64,000 nucleotides of DNA from Eledone cirrhosa (lineage: Eukaryota), in NCBI GenBank assembly GCA_964016885.1, contig OZ024743.1:21390001-21454000 (forward strand), in the 5' to 3' direction. Every line of letters begins with the position of its first letter. The first letter of the stretch is position 1. Shown here piece by piece: positions 12,870 through 29,175 of this stretch. Under the pieces are notes generated by a model. It was not told the DNA's origin and made no database searches. It saw only the letters and a list, made by a program, of their open reading frames with translations. Made by a program: the position numbers and the translations under genes.

Positions 12870-13733
12870 AACAACACATGTCTTCAGGATTGAATGACTC
12901 ACTTTTAGCCACAAGGTCCTATGAGAAACTGCTAACATGCTCGCATGTGTGCGTGCTGAACTCTGGGTCTTTCCGCTGGGAACAACCCCCTGTTTTCTTC
13001 CCATTTTTTTTGTACATTCATCCATTCATTCATTCATTTGCTAACATTCTACCTTCTTGTGTGTCCTCCTCCATGCACCCCTTCTTTTCTCTCTTGTCTT
13101 CTGACGCCTCCATATCGGATGTAGGTGAGCTATGAGGCCCTCTTATCAGCACTTTCCCTTTCACCCACACACGGGGGTGCCTAGCACCTAGGCTGGTGAT
13201 AACCAGCCACTCACCCCTGATGCCGCTTGGTGCCCCAGTCCGCAGCCCCACGCCCCACCCTCCATCCCCACCAGTCGACACTTGCAGCACCACGAACAGA
13301 CGGAAGAGGGGCCGGAACTGTTCGGGGTGCGGCTGCTTCCACCATCTCACCTGTGTTGGCTTGACGCGTCGAGCCACCAGTGCCCTCGCAGCGTGGAGAT
13401 GCAGAATCTGTCTCTTCCCTTCGTCTGCCCAGCCACGGCCGTCTGACACACCACCATATAAGACAGCGAGCATGCCTGACGCCCAAGCCTCGCTGGTCAA
13501 CATCGCTCGGCGCAGGCGGCTCCGGAAGATCCCACTCAAGATCCCGAGAGCGGCCCGGGTGCCGGTAGCCGATGCCCTCACTTCCTTGATTGAGAGCGCC
13601 CTGGACTCCAATCGAGCCAGAGACTGGGAGCGACTCTTCTATTTCGCCCCACTCGCCCTCGGCATCCCCAGCTCTAGCGCTGACCGAGGCGGTCGGTCAG
13701 CAGCAGCCTTTGTCAATGCCAATGTTTCGTCCA
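12870..13733 (+). mobile_element. CRE-like non-LTR retrotransposon fragments (probable 3' end with (ATTC)n tail, then an N-terminal region with PHD-like finger)
   Basis: ORF 13196-13786: CxxC..HxxC..WxCxxC then IPRAARVPVADAL..LI..W.RLFYF, typical of the region before the RT in CRE-like elements. Confidence 0.65.
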
Positions 13734-13904
13734 TTTATTGCTTCCCCTGTCTACTGGGCTTTGGCTACACACAGTTTTTTCGTTGATAGCTGTTTCTAGC
13801 AAAGACAACGGCTGGCAAACCCTTCAAGGAACTCATATGTCGGTTGGGCACACAAGCAATAGACGTGTGTTTTTTCCTGCCAGCGAGATATCAAACATAT
13901 GAGT

Positions 13905-13993
13905 ATCATCTGAGGATACCGTTCTCATAACAACAGCAAATGCATGACGGGCATCTCGATTGCATGGAGAACAGTAGAAATAATTATAATGAT
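13905..13993 (+). ncRNA. Type-I hammerhead ribozyme with long stem II
   Basis: atcat CTGAGGA TACCGTTCTC...GAGAACAGTA GAAA TAATTA TA^ atgat; palindromic stem III ATAATTAT; ATTAAA follows. Confidence 0.78.
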
Positions 13994-14154
13994 TAAACGA
14001 TATATGTAACCTAAGCATCTTATTTTGTTATTTTTGTAAAATTTGCCCTCGTAACTAACAACTACGACTGTTGAGAGCTTTCTCCTGCTTACTCCTGTTT
14101 TTACTAAAACAATCTCTTCTGAACACACACACACACACACACATACACACACAC

Positions 14155-14208
<54 letters not shown>

Positions 14209-14255
14209 TTATATGTGTATATATATATATATATATATAAATATATATATATATA

Positions 14256-14627
14256 TTTACGATATTAAACAAATGGAAACTATATTTATAAAACCATATT
14301 TATTTCGTTATATATATTTCTGGGATATCATATTAAAAATATGGTATGCCTTCCTCAGACAAAATACAATATATAAGTTGTTTTATAAATAATTTTGACA
14401 TACCTTATAATAATGCAACTTCCATTTAAAAAGTTGATTTGGTAGTCAACTTTTTAAATGGAAGTTGCATTATTCTAAGGTATGTCAAAATTATTTATAA
14501 AACAACTTATATATTGTATTTTGTCTGAGGAAGGCATACCATATTTTTAATATGATATCCCAGAAATATATATAACGAAATAAATATGGTTTTATAAATA
14601 TAGTTTCCATTTGTTTAATATCGTAAA
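14256..14627. repeat. Near-perfect 182-bp-arm fold-back containing twin HHR motifs (14517-14582 +, 14301-14366 -)
   Basis: 8-nt spacer 14438-14445; tattttgt CTGAGGA...GAAA TATATA TA^ acgaaata, AATAAA at 14579. Confidence 0.88.
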
Positions 14628-14778
14628 CCTACTCCAAAAATTGTTGAGTGCTTTTATATCAGTTATAAAATATTTACTCGTTGTAACCCAACAATTTTAA
14701 ATAAAACTTTTGCATATATATATATATATTTATATATATATATGTGTGTGTGGGTGTATGTGTGTGTGTGTGTGTTTG

Positions 14779-14816
<38 letters not shown>

Positions 14817-14830
14817 TACCTATATATATT

Positions 14831-14869
<39 letters not shown>

Positions 14870-14909
14870 TTGTATGTGTATATATATATATATATGATAT
14901 ATATATATA

Positions 14910-14953
<44 letters not shown>

Positions 14954-15063
14954 AGGATGAATATAAAATGAAAGTGCTTTTGTTAAAAAAGGAATTTATT
15001 AGGTATTGACATATGTTTCTGTAACAGACCGAATACCTATGTATCGCTTGCTTGATAACCTGA

Positions 15064-15770
<707 letters not shown>

Positions 15771-15835
15771 ATATATATTTATCCTTATCGAGCCCTCTTT
15801 GGATTTTAGTCTTCTAATTTATTATTATTACTTAG

Positions 15836-16003
15836 ATTGGCAGTATCGGTAGAGAGTCGGACGCCATGATTTTCAGCATAGTTACGTCCCTTTACGATCT
15901 GAGTTCAAATCCCGCCGAGGTTGACTTTGCCTTTCATCCTTATGGGGTCGATAAAATAAAGTACCAGTAATGCACTGGGTAATTGCTGGCCTTGTGCCTA
16001 AAG
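15836..16003 (+). mobile_element. tRNA-derived SINE (further copies 16348-16499 -, 17070-17180 -, 19387-19526 -)
   Basis: Match to the window SINE consensus. Confidence 0.88.
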
Positions 16004-16106
16004 TATATATTGTATATTTACTCCACTAATTTGTTGAGTGCTTTATATCAGTTATAACATTTTTTTAAGCTTGTTGAATCCCAACAAATTAAATATAACC
16101 TCTACA

Positions 16107-16145
<39 letters not shown>

Positions 16146-17574
16146 TGTCTCGCTCGTTCCCCCCTAATTACGTGTCCCAACGTCTTTATTTAGCCGTTGC
16201 TCGCACCAACCAGAGGTATATGGTCTTTAAAGCGATGAAATACTAATGAAGGCTGGAAGATCACTGATGATGGACTAAATTTATTCATATGTAACCCAAT
16301 ATATATATATATATATATATATATTTTGTTCGCAGTAACTTAATATCTGTTTCTACTTTAGGCACAAGGCCAGCAATGACCCAGTGCATTATTGGTACTT
16401 AATTTTATCGACCCCGTAAGGATGAAAGGCAAAGTCAACCGCGGCGGGATTTGAATTCAGTCCCTAAAGGGGCGTAACTATGCCGATACTGCCAATCCAG
16501 TAACTTCATATCATATATTTCTAACGACTTAGTCATGAGCCCTTCCTATCTGTGGGCGTGATGTACTGACAGACACGCCCTTCATATATAAGCGCATAGA
16601 TAGAAATGATTTTTTCTTCTTCTTTACGTGTCAAGGCAACCAAAAGTATCAGTAAGTATTTTGTCGCTTTTATTCTTTAAAAATATTTCTGTTCATACAT
16701 TATGGAATTGGTTCGGATATTTTTATTTTTCGTAGAAAAATTGTTTTTTTCTGACAGAATTATCACTTGTTGATATGCTTTAAATGTTATTATAATACAC
16801 ATCCGCCTGCACAACACAGTAAGTGTTATACATTTGAACGAATGAAGTCCGAATGTTCTCCTAACGTAACATCTGCTCCAAGCTCTATTTAAGATTTGTT
16901 TACTCTACATTGAGGATTTTACGCTTTGATTATCTGATTACCCAATAGTCAAATACTTTTTCGTCCCAAACATTCGCGGCATTAATTCACAGTTTAATAC
17001 ATGATGCTGGGAAACAGAATGTGCTGTTATGATGGAATACATCCTAGAATAGAAATATAACCACAAATAATTGTTTCTACTTTAGGCACAAGGCCAGCAA
17101 ATACCCAGTGCATTACTGGTACTTTATTTTATCGACCTCATAAGGATGAAAGGCTAAGTCAACCTCGGCGGGATTTGAACATAATAAATGCTATTAACCA
17201 TTGATAGGAACCTCACAAATATAACGCACCAAAATATATGTGATGAGCGAGAGAAAGAAACAAAATAAAAGGAATAAAAAAAAACAAAAAAAAATCGACC
17301 ATCAATTCACTGCCAAATAATTATTTAAATCGGATTAGAAAGAGAGAGAAAAAAATAGAGAAAATATTTATTTGCCGTTGTGCTGCCAAATGTGCGTGTT
17401 GAACTATGGGTCATTCCGCTGGGAACAACCCCCTGTTTTCTCGATTGATAGCGCCCTGGACTCCAATCGAGCCAGCGACTGGGAGCGACTCTTCTATTTC
17501 GCCCCACTCGCCCTCGCCCTCCCCAGCTCTGGCGCTGACTGAGGCGGCCGGTTGACAACAGCCTTTGTCTAGGT

Positions 17575-20675
<3,101 letters not shown>

Positions 20676-21311
20676 GTCTAGGCCAATGTTTCGTCCTTTG
20701 GGCAAACGCCTATTCCAAGCGTGCCTAAGGACGCCACACACCCAACTCTCGGGTGCCCCCAATTCTCCACCCGTGAGGCCAGTGCCAAGCGTTTGCGTGA
20801 CCGCGTAAATGCCAAATTAATCATGCGCGATGTCTCGGCCGCAGTCAGAGTGTTTGCCTCAAAGGACACTGTCCTCCAACCCATCGAGGAGTTCCTGGCT
20901 GGCCTGCGACTCAAGCACTCTGAGCCACCCGCTGACCTAAGAAAAGTAAATAAGAAACATAAATTATAATATTCAAAAGTGTCTATTATACATCATAATA
21001 ATGCTGTATCCAATATAGAATAAGGCCGAAGATGTTTTCTTGAATAGCTTGGCGCCAAAGGAACTCCTGAAGGGGAGTGCTGAAAAGTGCCTCGCTTGTC
21101 CTCTCATGGCACGGAATTTGACTTTGCAAAGCCCCCAGCTACCTTCCACACGGTTTGTGTGGATTGTGGGGTCGTTGGGGTCCACAAAGTTGTAACGATG
21201 GTTTACAACTGGATGTTGCGGGAGGGCATATTTATTTTTCTTAAAATTATTATAAAAATAAAAAAATTTAAATTTAACAAAAATTAAATAATTTAAAATT
21301 TAATTAATAAT

Positions 21312-21497
21312 TGTTTCTACTTTTGGCACAAGGCCAGCAATTACCCAGTGCATTACTGGTACTTTATTTTATCGACCCCGTAAGGATGAAAGGCAAAGTC
21401 AACCTCGGCGGGATTTGAACTCAGATCGTAAAGGGACGTAACTATGCTGGAAAGCATGGCGTCCGACCCTCTACCGATACTGCCAATCCACCGCCCT
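21312..21497 (-). mobile_element. Full-length SINE with 17-bp TSD
   Basis: AAAATTTAATTAATAAT on both sides; A and B boxes intact. Confidence 0.9.
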
Positions 21498-21955
21498 AAA
21501 ATTTAATTAATAATATCTTCCTTTCTTAATTACACTAAAAAAAAAAAAAAAAAAGTTTTAAATACCCCCCCCCCCCCCCCACACACACAAAAAAAAATAA
21601 TTTAACGCGGGGAAGTCCAAGATAACCAAAAAACGAGTGTGTAAGGGGACGAAAAGACCATTAGAGTTTCACAGACCTACACACCTCGCGTTTGGTGGGA
21701 AATAATAATTTTTCTTGACCTTGTAAGATGCACTCAATCAACCTTGGGTAAATTTATATAACACCCCACCTCCACTCTGAATCAGCCAAACCACCTCATG
21801 TGACTCCTTCTGGAGAGATGCCCCCTCCTAATTTAGCAGAGAGAAACAGCATTCCAGAGACTGGGGACACTTGTGGTATCGATATCCATTGGCACAAAAA
21901 CGAAACAATCAGTGAAAGCCAAGTTTTTGAATAGCCAAGTTTATAATAGTATTAA

Positions 21956-22174
21956 CCCTTTAGCATTTAAACCAGCCATATCTGGCCAGAATTCTCTCAC
22001 CTCTTTGTTCAAACCGGCTGTAACCAGCTGTACATACAGATGTTAAGGTATTGTGGTCAAAATAAATAATATTAAAATCTCATAGATTCCATATTATGTG
22101 AAATATTCATGTGAGATAAATCCTTTACCATGAAAATACAATAGTAAATGTATAGTAATGTGAATGCTAAAGGG
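21956..22174. mobile_element. piggyBac-type MITE
   Basis: TTAA|CCCTTTAGCATT...AATGCTAAAGGG|TTAA; same family as 2664-2884 in the opposite orientation. Confidence 0.85.
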
Positions 22175-22488
22175 TTAATACATTTTTATTTCAACTGCGA
22201 ATATATAAGGAGGAAGTTAAAAGAGCGATTATTATCAAATATACAATCATATTTACTGACTAATGAGGAAATGTAATATATATATATATCCTGTTGAATG
22301 ATAAAACATTTGGAAACTTTGAGGGGTAACCACCCCAACGGAAATAACTGAAATAATAGAGATAAAAGCAAACAGAGGTGCCTTTGTCCACTGTTTTTCC
22401 GTCTTCTGGGTACTTTTCCCACTTTTTACAATTGTTGCATACTAGATTTTTTCCCCATACGCTGACGCATAGGTGTATAAGTGTGTGC

Positions 22489-22558
<70 letters not shown>

Positions 22559-22571
22559 GCACACATGCGTG

Positions 22572-22607
<36 letters not shown>

Positions 22608-22680
22608 GACACGCACACATAGGTATATAAGTGTGTGAGTGTATATATATATATACACGCACACACAGGTGTATAAAATA

Positions 22681-24500
22681 CACAAGGTCACTGTTGGCCC
22701 TCTAATTGATGAAAAAGGCACACTCCAAGATAATGCCAAAACCATGGGTGAGATACTGCAGAAACAATACTGATCTGTTTTCAGCAATTCTGATAAAGCC
22801 GATCTGGGCTGTATCAGATGTTAATCCCCAACACACTATATCGGACATTATATATATCTGATTTCTTAGCGGCAATAAACGAAATTAAACACAATTCAGC
22901 AGTAGGCCCCGACATGTTCCCTGCTAGTGTCCTGAAGGTGTGTCGACACCAACTTGCATCTCCTCTTGCTAATCTGTGGAGAAACTCACTGGATGCTGGC
23001 TATATTCCTGAAAACTGTCCCAGTCTGTTGTCCCAGTTTTCAAAAAGGGAAACAAGTCCCTTGCAGTGAACTACCGTCTGATCTCACTCACCTCTCACAT
23101 AATCAAGGCATTTGAGGGGGTGGTGAGATCACAAATAACCCCCTTACTTGAAAGCAACAGACTGCTGAACTCCGACCCACATGGCTTCTGTAATGGAAGG
23201 GACTGCTTAACGCAGCTCCTGCATCACTTTGATGATATTTTGAGAGCTTTGGGAGAGGGCTCCAACACTGATGTCATGTACCTTGATTTCAGCAAGGCCT
23301 TTGACAGGGTTAATCATAAGATTTTATTGAAAAACTATCCAACATTGGTGTCTCTGAAAAGTTATTACAATGGATCAAGTGTTTCCTGACAGACAGATCC
23401 CAACATGTAGTTGAAGGAGTAAAATCAAGCCCAGCCAAAGTCAGCAGTGATGTCCCGCAAGGCACTGTGTTGGGCCCACTTCTTTCCATCATCTACATTA
23501 ATAACATTACTGACATCATCAAGCACAGCAACATAAGAATCTTTGCTGATGATTCCAAGATCCAGAAGGTCGTCAATGAAGTGGGTGACCGGACATGTCT
23601 TCAGTCAGACCTACTGGCTGTTTTCCAATGGGCGGAAAATAACAATATTTTGCTGAACGAAGATAAATTTGATTTAAGCCACTTTGGAAAAGAGGATGCC
23701 CTGAAACTCCCATACTTCATTCCTTCAGGCGAAACTATCGTGGCATCCAACAACATCAGAAACTTGGGAGTAATTGTGGACAACATAAGCTGTTGCCACT
23801 CATATAAACAGCAAAGTTGACATGATCTGCAGAATGTGTTTCTGGATTCTCAGAACCTTCCAGTCGAGAGATATCCACACTGTTATCTTTCTCTTCTCCA
23901 CTTTTGCTTTACTCCACCTTGAATACTGTTGTCCACTGTGGTCTCCCCACATGAAACAAAGTATCATGAAAGTTGAAGCACCTCAAAGGTCAATTACAAA
24001 AAAGATAGATGGCATGACAGTCCTTAACCATTGGAGTCGACTAGCAAAGCTCAAACTTTATTCTCTCCAACATCGCCGTAAGCGTTATATTATCTGCATG
24101 ATGTGGAAAATATTCCATCAGCAATACCCAAATGATGTTGGTATCACCTTTAAGGTACACCCAAGGCTTGGGCCCCGTGCTATCCGCCCACGACAAAAAT
24201 TACACTCTCATTTCATAATAACAATACGGCACAATTATTTCACCACAATTGGCCCCGCTCTCTTTAACATTACACCAAAACACATTAAAATGAAAACAGA
24301 CCCCATAAAGTTGAAGAAGTCTTTGGACAAATTTCTTCAAGAAATCCTGGATAAACCTCCAACACCCAGATATGTCGACGTAAACAATAACTCTCTACTT
24401 GAGTGGGCCATGGTGTCCAAATCTTGATTTGAAAGACTTCGCCAGGTAGTGTTATTAAGTTAGACACGGCGCGGGCCCATACTGGCCAAAACCTGTCAAA
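22681..24500 (+). pseudogene. CR1-like LINE ORF2 3' portion, frameshifted
   Basis: ORF pieces NYRLISLTS, HGF, YLDFSKAFD, VPQGTVLGP, FADDSK, LEYCCPLWSP, LYSLQHRR. Confidence 0.85.
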
Positions 24501-24552
24501 GTTATATATATGTAAATATTTAGTTATGTAATAAACAACATAAGATAATTAT

Positions 24553-24614
24553 TTCATTTACCAGTGGTTTCTTGAAGGCAGATTTTTATATCTGTCTTCA
24601 GTCGTCAGTATGAA
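24553..24614 (-). ncRNA. Hammerhead ribozyme motif in a dispersed repeat (repeat homologous to 37073-37272)
   Basis: Minus: ttcata CTGACGA CTGAAGACAGAT..ATCTGCCTTCAA GAAA CCACTGG TA^ aatgaa. Confidence 0.7.
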
Positions 24615-24957
24615 TAAATAACATGGTGATTTTATTAAATATATAGATGGATTTGAAAACAAAATTTAGGAAATATGAAAGTGAGGCTGTAAAAACGTGC
24701 AAAAAAAATTTATGGGAAAAAATATATAGATAAATATCCAGAACATAAACACACACACACACACCCAACCACGTGCTTATACGTAATAGTACGTAGACGT
24801 ATACTTTCTTACATAAGCGTATTTGCGTCTACATGTAAATACGAACAGACACATAAAACGTATGGTCTTTTGCTCACATGTTTGCACACACAGGCGCGCA
24901 CACACACATGTACTCAATAATAACGTAAAATCTATATATACACACATGCATATCTCT

Positions 24958-25080
<123 letters not shown>

Positions 25081-25174
25081 AAAGAGTTAAACAAGATTCA
25101 ATGAGTATATCAAAGAATAAGTTTTACAGTAGATTGGAAGCACTCTACAGTTTAAATATTTTCCAGAGTTATTA

Positions 25175-25506
25175 ATATTAAAATACAAATATTAATAAAA
25201 TAGATGTTCTTTTGATCAATTACATTTTATTATACATATTTCAGAGGTACAACAGTACGTCATCATCAGACAAAATATAATGATATATGACATACCCTGA
25301 GATGTAAATTATTAGGGTATAAATGTTGAGTTTTCTCATAGGTAAATCACTACCTTGATTAAATCTTAACCATTTACATCTCAGGGTATGTCATGTATCA
25401 TTATATTTTGTCTGATGAGGACGTACTGTTGAACCTCTGAAATATGTATAATAAAATTTAATTGATCAAAAGAACATCTATTATATTAATATTTGTATTT
25501 TAATAT
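25175..25506. repeat. 135-bp-arm fold-back with twin HHR motifs (25405-25457 +, 25224-25276 -)
   Basis: 62-nt spacer; attttgt CTGATGA...GAAA TATGTA TA^ ataaaat. Confidence 0.82.
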
Positions 25507-25742
25507 ATATATATATATATGGAATAGAATGAAACGAAATTTCATTTCTCACTCTTAGTACGGCACTTACTTAAATGTAAATATGTATGTAAACAAACAA
25601 ACAGCCCGAATTATTCCATTTATCGTTTTCGGTGTGCCTGGCCGACTGAACTCACTCGATATGCAAATTAGGCTGCTCAGCCGTTAATATGCATAAGGAA
25701 AGTATATACTTTCAGACGTTCAGCCATCTGGCAGGAAGGTAT

Positions 25743-25785
25743 ACGATGCTGACGATAGCTAATAAGCTTGAAACTAGTACGTCGT
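25743..25785 (+). ncRNA. Minimal hammerhead ribozyme (family shared with 41461-41505)
   Basis: acgatg CTGACGA T AGCT-aata-AGCT T GAAA CTAG TA^ cgtcgt; palindromic ACTAGT stem III. Confidence 0.78.
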
Positions 25786-26085
25786 TCCTTTGTCAGTGTT
25801 GAACAAAAAGGTAACGTGGTTGCCTAAACACTGTACGGCGTAATTTGGGCTGTTTGTTTGTTTACAAACAAACAAACCGAGCATTATAATAAATGTTCGG
25901 TAAACCGATACGTGCATATATATATATATATGTGTGCATGTATGTATATATATACATACTACTGTACGCCTGTATACATATACAGTGCCCCGCAAAAGTT
26001 TACAACACATTAGGAAAAGTGTGGTTTTAGGTATTTTTAATAAAGATAGGGTAATGAAAATGTAACTACTGATAGAACATATAAT

Positions 26086-26262
26086 TGTTTCTACTTTAGG
26101 CACAAGGCCAGCAATTATCCATTTCATTACTGGTACTTTATTTTATCGACCCCGTAAGGATGAAAGGCAAAGTTAACCTCGGCGGGATTTGAACTCAGAT
26201 CGTAAAGGGACGTAACTATGCTGGAAAGCATGGCGTCCGACCCTCTACCGATACTGCCAATC
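26086..26262 (-). mobile_element. SINE inserted in the left Tc1 TIR
   Basis: 13-bp TSD TAGAACATATAAT at 26073-26085 and 26263-26275. Confidence 0.92.
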
Positions 26263-26389
26263 TAGAACATATAATGAGGCATTTAATGATACAATCATAT
26301 TTTTAAAAAAATAACAAGGAAATAACTCATTAAGAAAAATTAATATTTTTATAACGCAAAAGTTTACAACACATTTATTAAATCATCTC

Positions 26390-27409
26390 TTAATATTTCG
26401 TAGCGTAACCTTTGTTGCTAATTATAGCCTGTAGGCGTTTGGAGTAGCCTCCTACAAACTTCTTGCATGTTTCTTGGCTAATATTTTTCCATTCTTCACA
26501 ACAAATTTTCTTTAGTTCAGGGATATTTTGGGGTTTCCTTTTTTGAATTCTGAGTTTCAGTTCTCTCCACAAATTTTCGATCGGGTTAAGATCTGGAGAC
26601 TGACTTGGCCATTTTAGAACATTTATTCCATTCGTACTTAACCAAGATTGTGTTAGCTCTGCAGTATGCTTTGGATCGTTATCTTGTTGAAAAAACCAAC
26701 CTGGCTTTAAGCTGAGAGAATGTGCACTTTGATGTAAATTCCTTTGCAAAATACCTCTATAATAAGCGCCACCCATTCTTCCTTCTATTATTTCAATATT
26801 TCCTACTCCTGTGGCACTAAAGCAACCCCAGACCATGACTGATCCACCTCCAAATTTTACAGTTGCAATAGTATTCTTCGGCGAATATTCAGTACTTTAC
26901 TTTCTCCAGAGTTTTGCCACAGCATTTCGACCAAAAAGTTCAATTTTTGTTTCGTCCGACTAAAGTACGTCTTCCCAAAACGACGCAGGTTTGATGAGAT
27001 CATTTGCAAAGTTTAATCGACGAAGAACGTGTTTCCTCGTAAGAAGTGGTGTTTTCCTTGGAGACCCCGAGAAGATATTATATCGACGAAGTGAACGACT
27101 AATTGTATCTGTGCTCACTTTTACTCCACTTTCTTCTAGGTCATCCTGAAGATTTTAAAGAGTACACCGGGGTTCGTTGCCAACCTTTCTCATCAATAAC
27201 CGAGCTGCACGTTCCGTTATCTTTCTAGGACGACCAGAACTAATTAGAGGACAGAAGGAATGATGAGATTTCCAGTGACGAATTATAGTACCAACTGAAC
27301 TCAATGGCACATTTAACTGACAAGATATTTTTCTATAACCAACACCATTTGTATGAAGGTCTACAATGCGTTTACAGAGGTCTTGATCAATCAGTTTATT
27401 TTTCCCCAT
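26390..27409 (-). pseudogene. Tc1 DD34E transposase, 340 codons in one frame with three premature stops
   Basis: HTH with GRPRK, *SDETK, VWGCF, QQDNDPKH, WPSQSPDLNPIENLW. Confidence 0.9.
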
Positions 27410-27789
27410 ATTGTCAATGTTTACAGGATGGTTGTCAGATAAATAATGACGTAATGTTTTTAATAGTCCTTAGAAGTTACCTTAAACCTAATCTAGAACA
27501 TTCTACTGAATTTTAAATCTGAAAATTTAAGAATTTTCTTGAAAAAAAGCGATAAATATAAAATGTGTTGTAAACTTTTGCGTTAGAAAAATATTGATTT
27601 TTCTTCATGAGTTATTTCCTTGTTATTTTAAAAAACATATGATTGTATCATTAAATGCCTCATTATATGTTCTATCAGTAGTTAAATTTTCATTACCCTA
27701 ACTTTATTAAAAATACCTAAAACCGCATTTTTCCTAATGTCTTGTAAACTTTTGCGGGGCACTGTATGTATGTATACATACATACTTAC

Positions 27790-27839
<50 letters not shown>

Positions 27840-28242
27840 ACAGAGAGAGAGACGATTATTAGGAAGAAAAATATCTTTTTTTCCTTTTTTGTTTCTCTCT
27901 CTCTCTTTTCTGGGTTAGAAAATGATTAAAACGAAATGTTTTACTTTGTGTGAAGTGTTAAGGTATTAGTTGATTTATTTATTATTTAACAATGGCATTT
28001 AATTATTTATTTATATATTTAATAATTGTCTATTACCGGTTTCAGCATTTATATATATATACATATATATACACACACACACATATACACAAATATATAC
28101 GCAGCCATATATGTACACACAAACACATAAATATGTATACACACACACATACACATACATATATACAAACACAAAAGGCTCTATACATGTGCGCACGTAT
28201 ATATATACACACATACATATATACATACACATATACATATAT

Positions 28243-28795
28243 GGTGGCTGCCAACTCGTTTTCGAGTACGGCCACTACTTTATATCCATGTAGGAGAACC
28301 CCTACCGATGCGCTGAACGAGTGTGACTTTTTAGTCCAGCCAGCGACTTGAAAACTCTGGTACAAACACTACACTTGTGACAATTATTGATACATAGTGC
28401 TGGGCCCATGGTACCATGTGACAACAAGTGCAGAGAGCTCTCCAGATATAAAGCAATGCCTGTGCCGTGAAGCTTTTATAGTGAGCAAAGGCACTGCACA
28501 AAGCCAGTCCCACTCTCTTAACCAAGATGATATTTACCAAAAAGAAGAACAAGTCAACATCATTGGATACCATCAGGGTTGCAGGTGTTATATCAGAGTT
28601 TTCCTTCTCCTAGAATTCTGCCTTGACAAAGGCTAAGGGGTCATCTCTCCCGGTGATTTTGGATGGCCATTGACTCTTAAGAGCTCCTTTGCCCTTTGAC
28701 AGGTTTTGTTTTTAGTCCTGCAGGATGTCCAAAGTCACCCTCCTCACCAAGAAACCTTGGTGGGGTTGCCAGTTTAGTCGCCAACGACCCGACCA
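28243..28795 (-). mobile_element. Short internally deleted RTE derivative (5' UTR joined to a 3' end)
   Basis: Minus strand has the RTE 5'-UTR-like motif TCTAGGAGAAGGAAAACTCTGA and ends GAGTTGGCAGCCACCATA, like 51470-51490; homolog at 50990-51200. Confidence 0.55.
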
Positions 28796-28824
28796 TACAT
28801 ACATACATACATACATACATACAT

Positions 28825-28944
<120 letters not shown>

Positions 28945-29175
28945 TTATATATACATGCACATGCACATATTAATATGTACAAACCATTGAGAAGTAGTTC
29001 AAAGGCAGAAATAACTAAATAAATAAGATCAAACAAATTAAAAAAATATATAAGAAAATAAAAATAAAAATAAAGTCATAAAGGAACGAGTTTACAACGA
29101 AGGGTGGGGTGGGGGATTAATATAAATATAAACAACGTAAAAGTAAACAAATACACAGGATATGTATTATATATA

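Larger units (their letters stand above)
25983..27764 (-). mobile_element. Tc1-family DNA transposon with long IR/DR-type TIRs, TA TSD
   Basis: TA|CAGTGCCCCGCAAAAG...CTTTTGCGGGGCACTG|TA; ~200-bp TIRs each with two CGCAAAAGTTTACAA repeats. Confidence 0.93.

Noticed and set aside
16260-16300. CTGATGA.GGAC as a hammerhead in the 16.2/18.2/18.4-kb repeat
   Set aside because: No complementary stem II strand or GAAA follows
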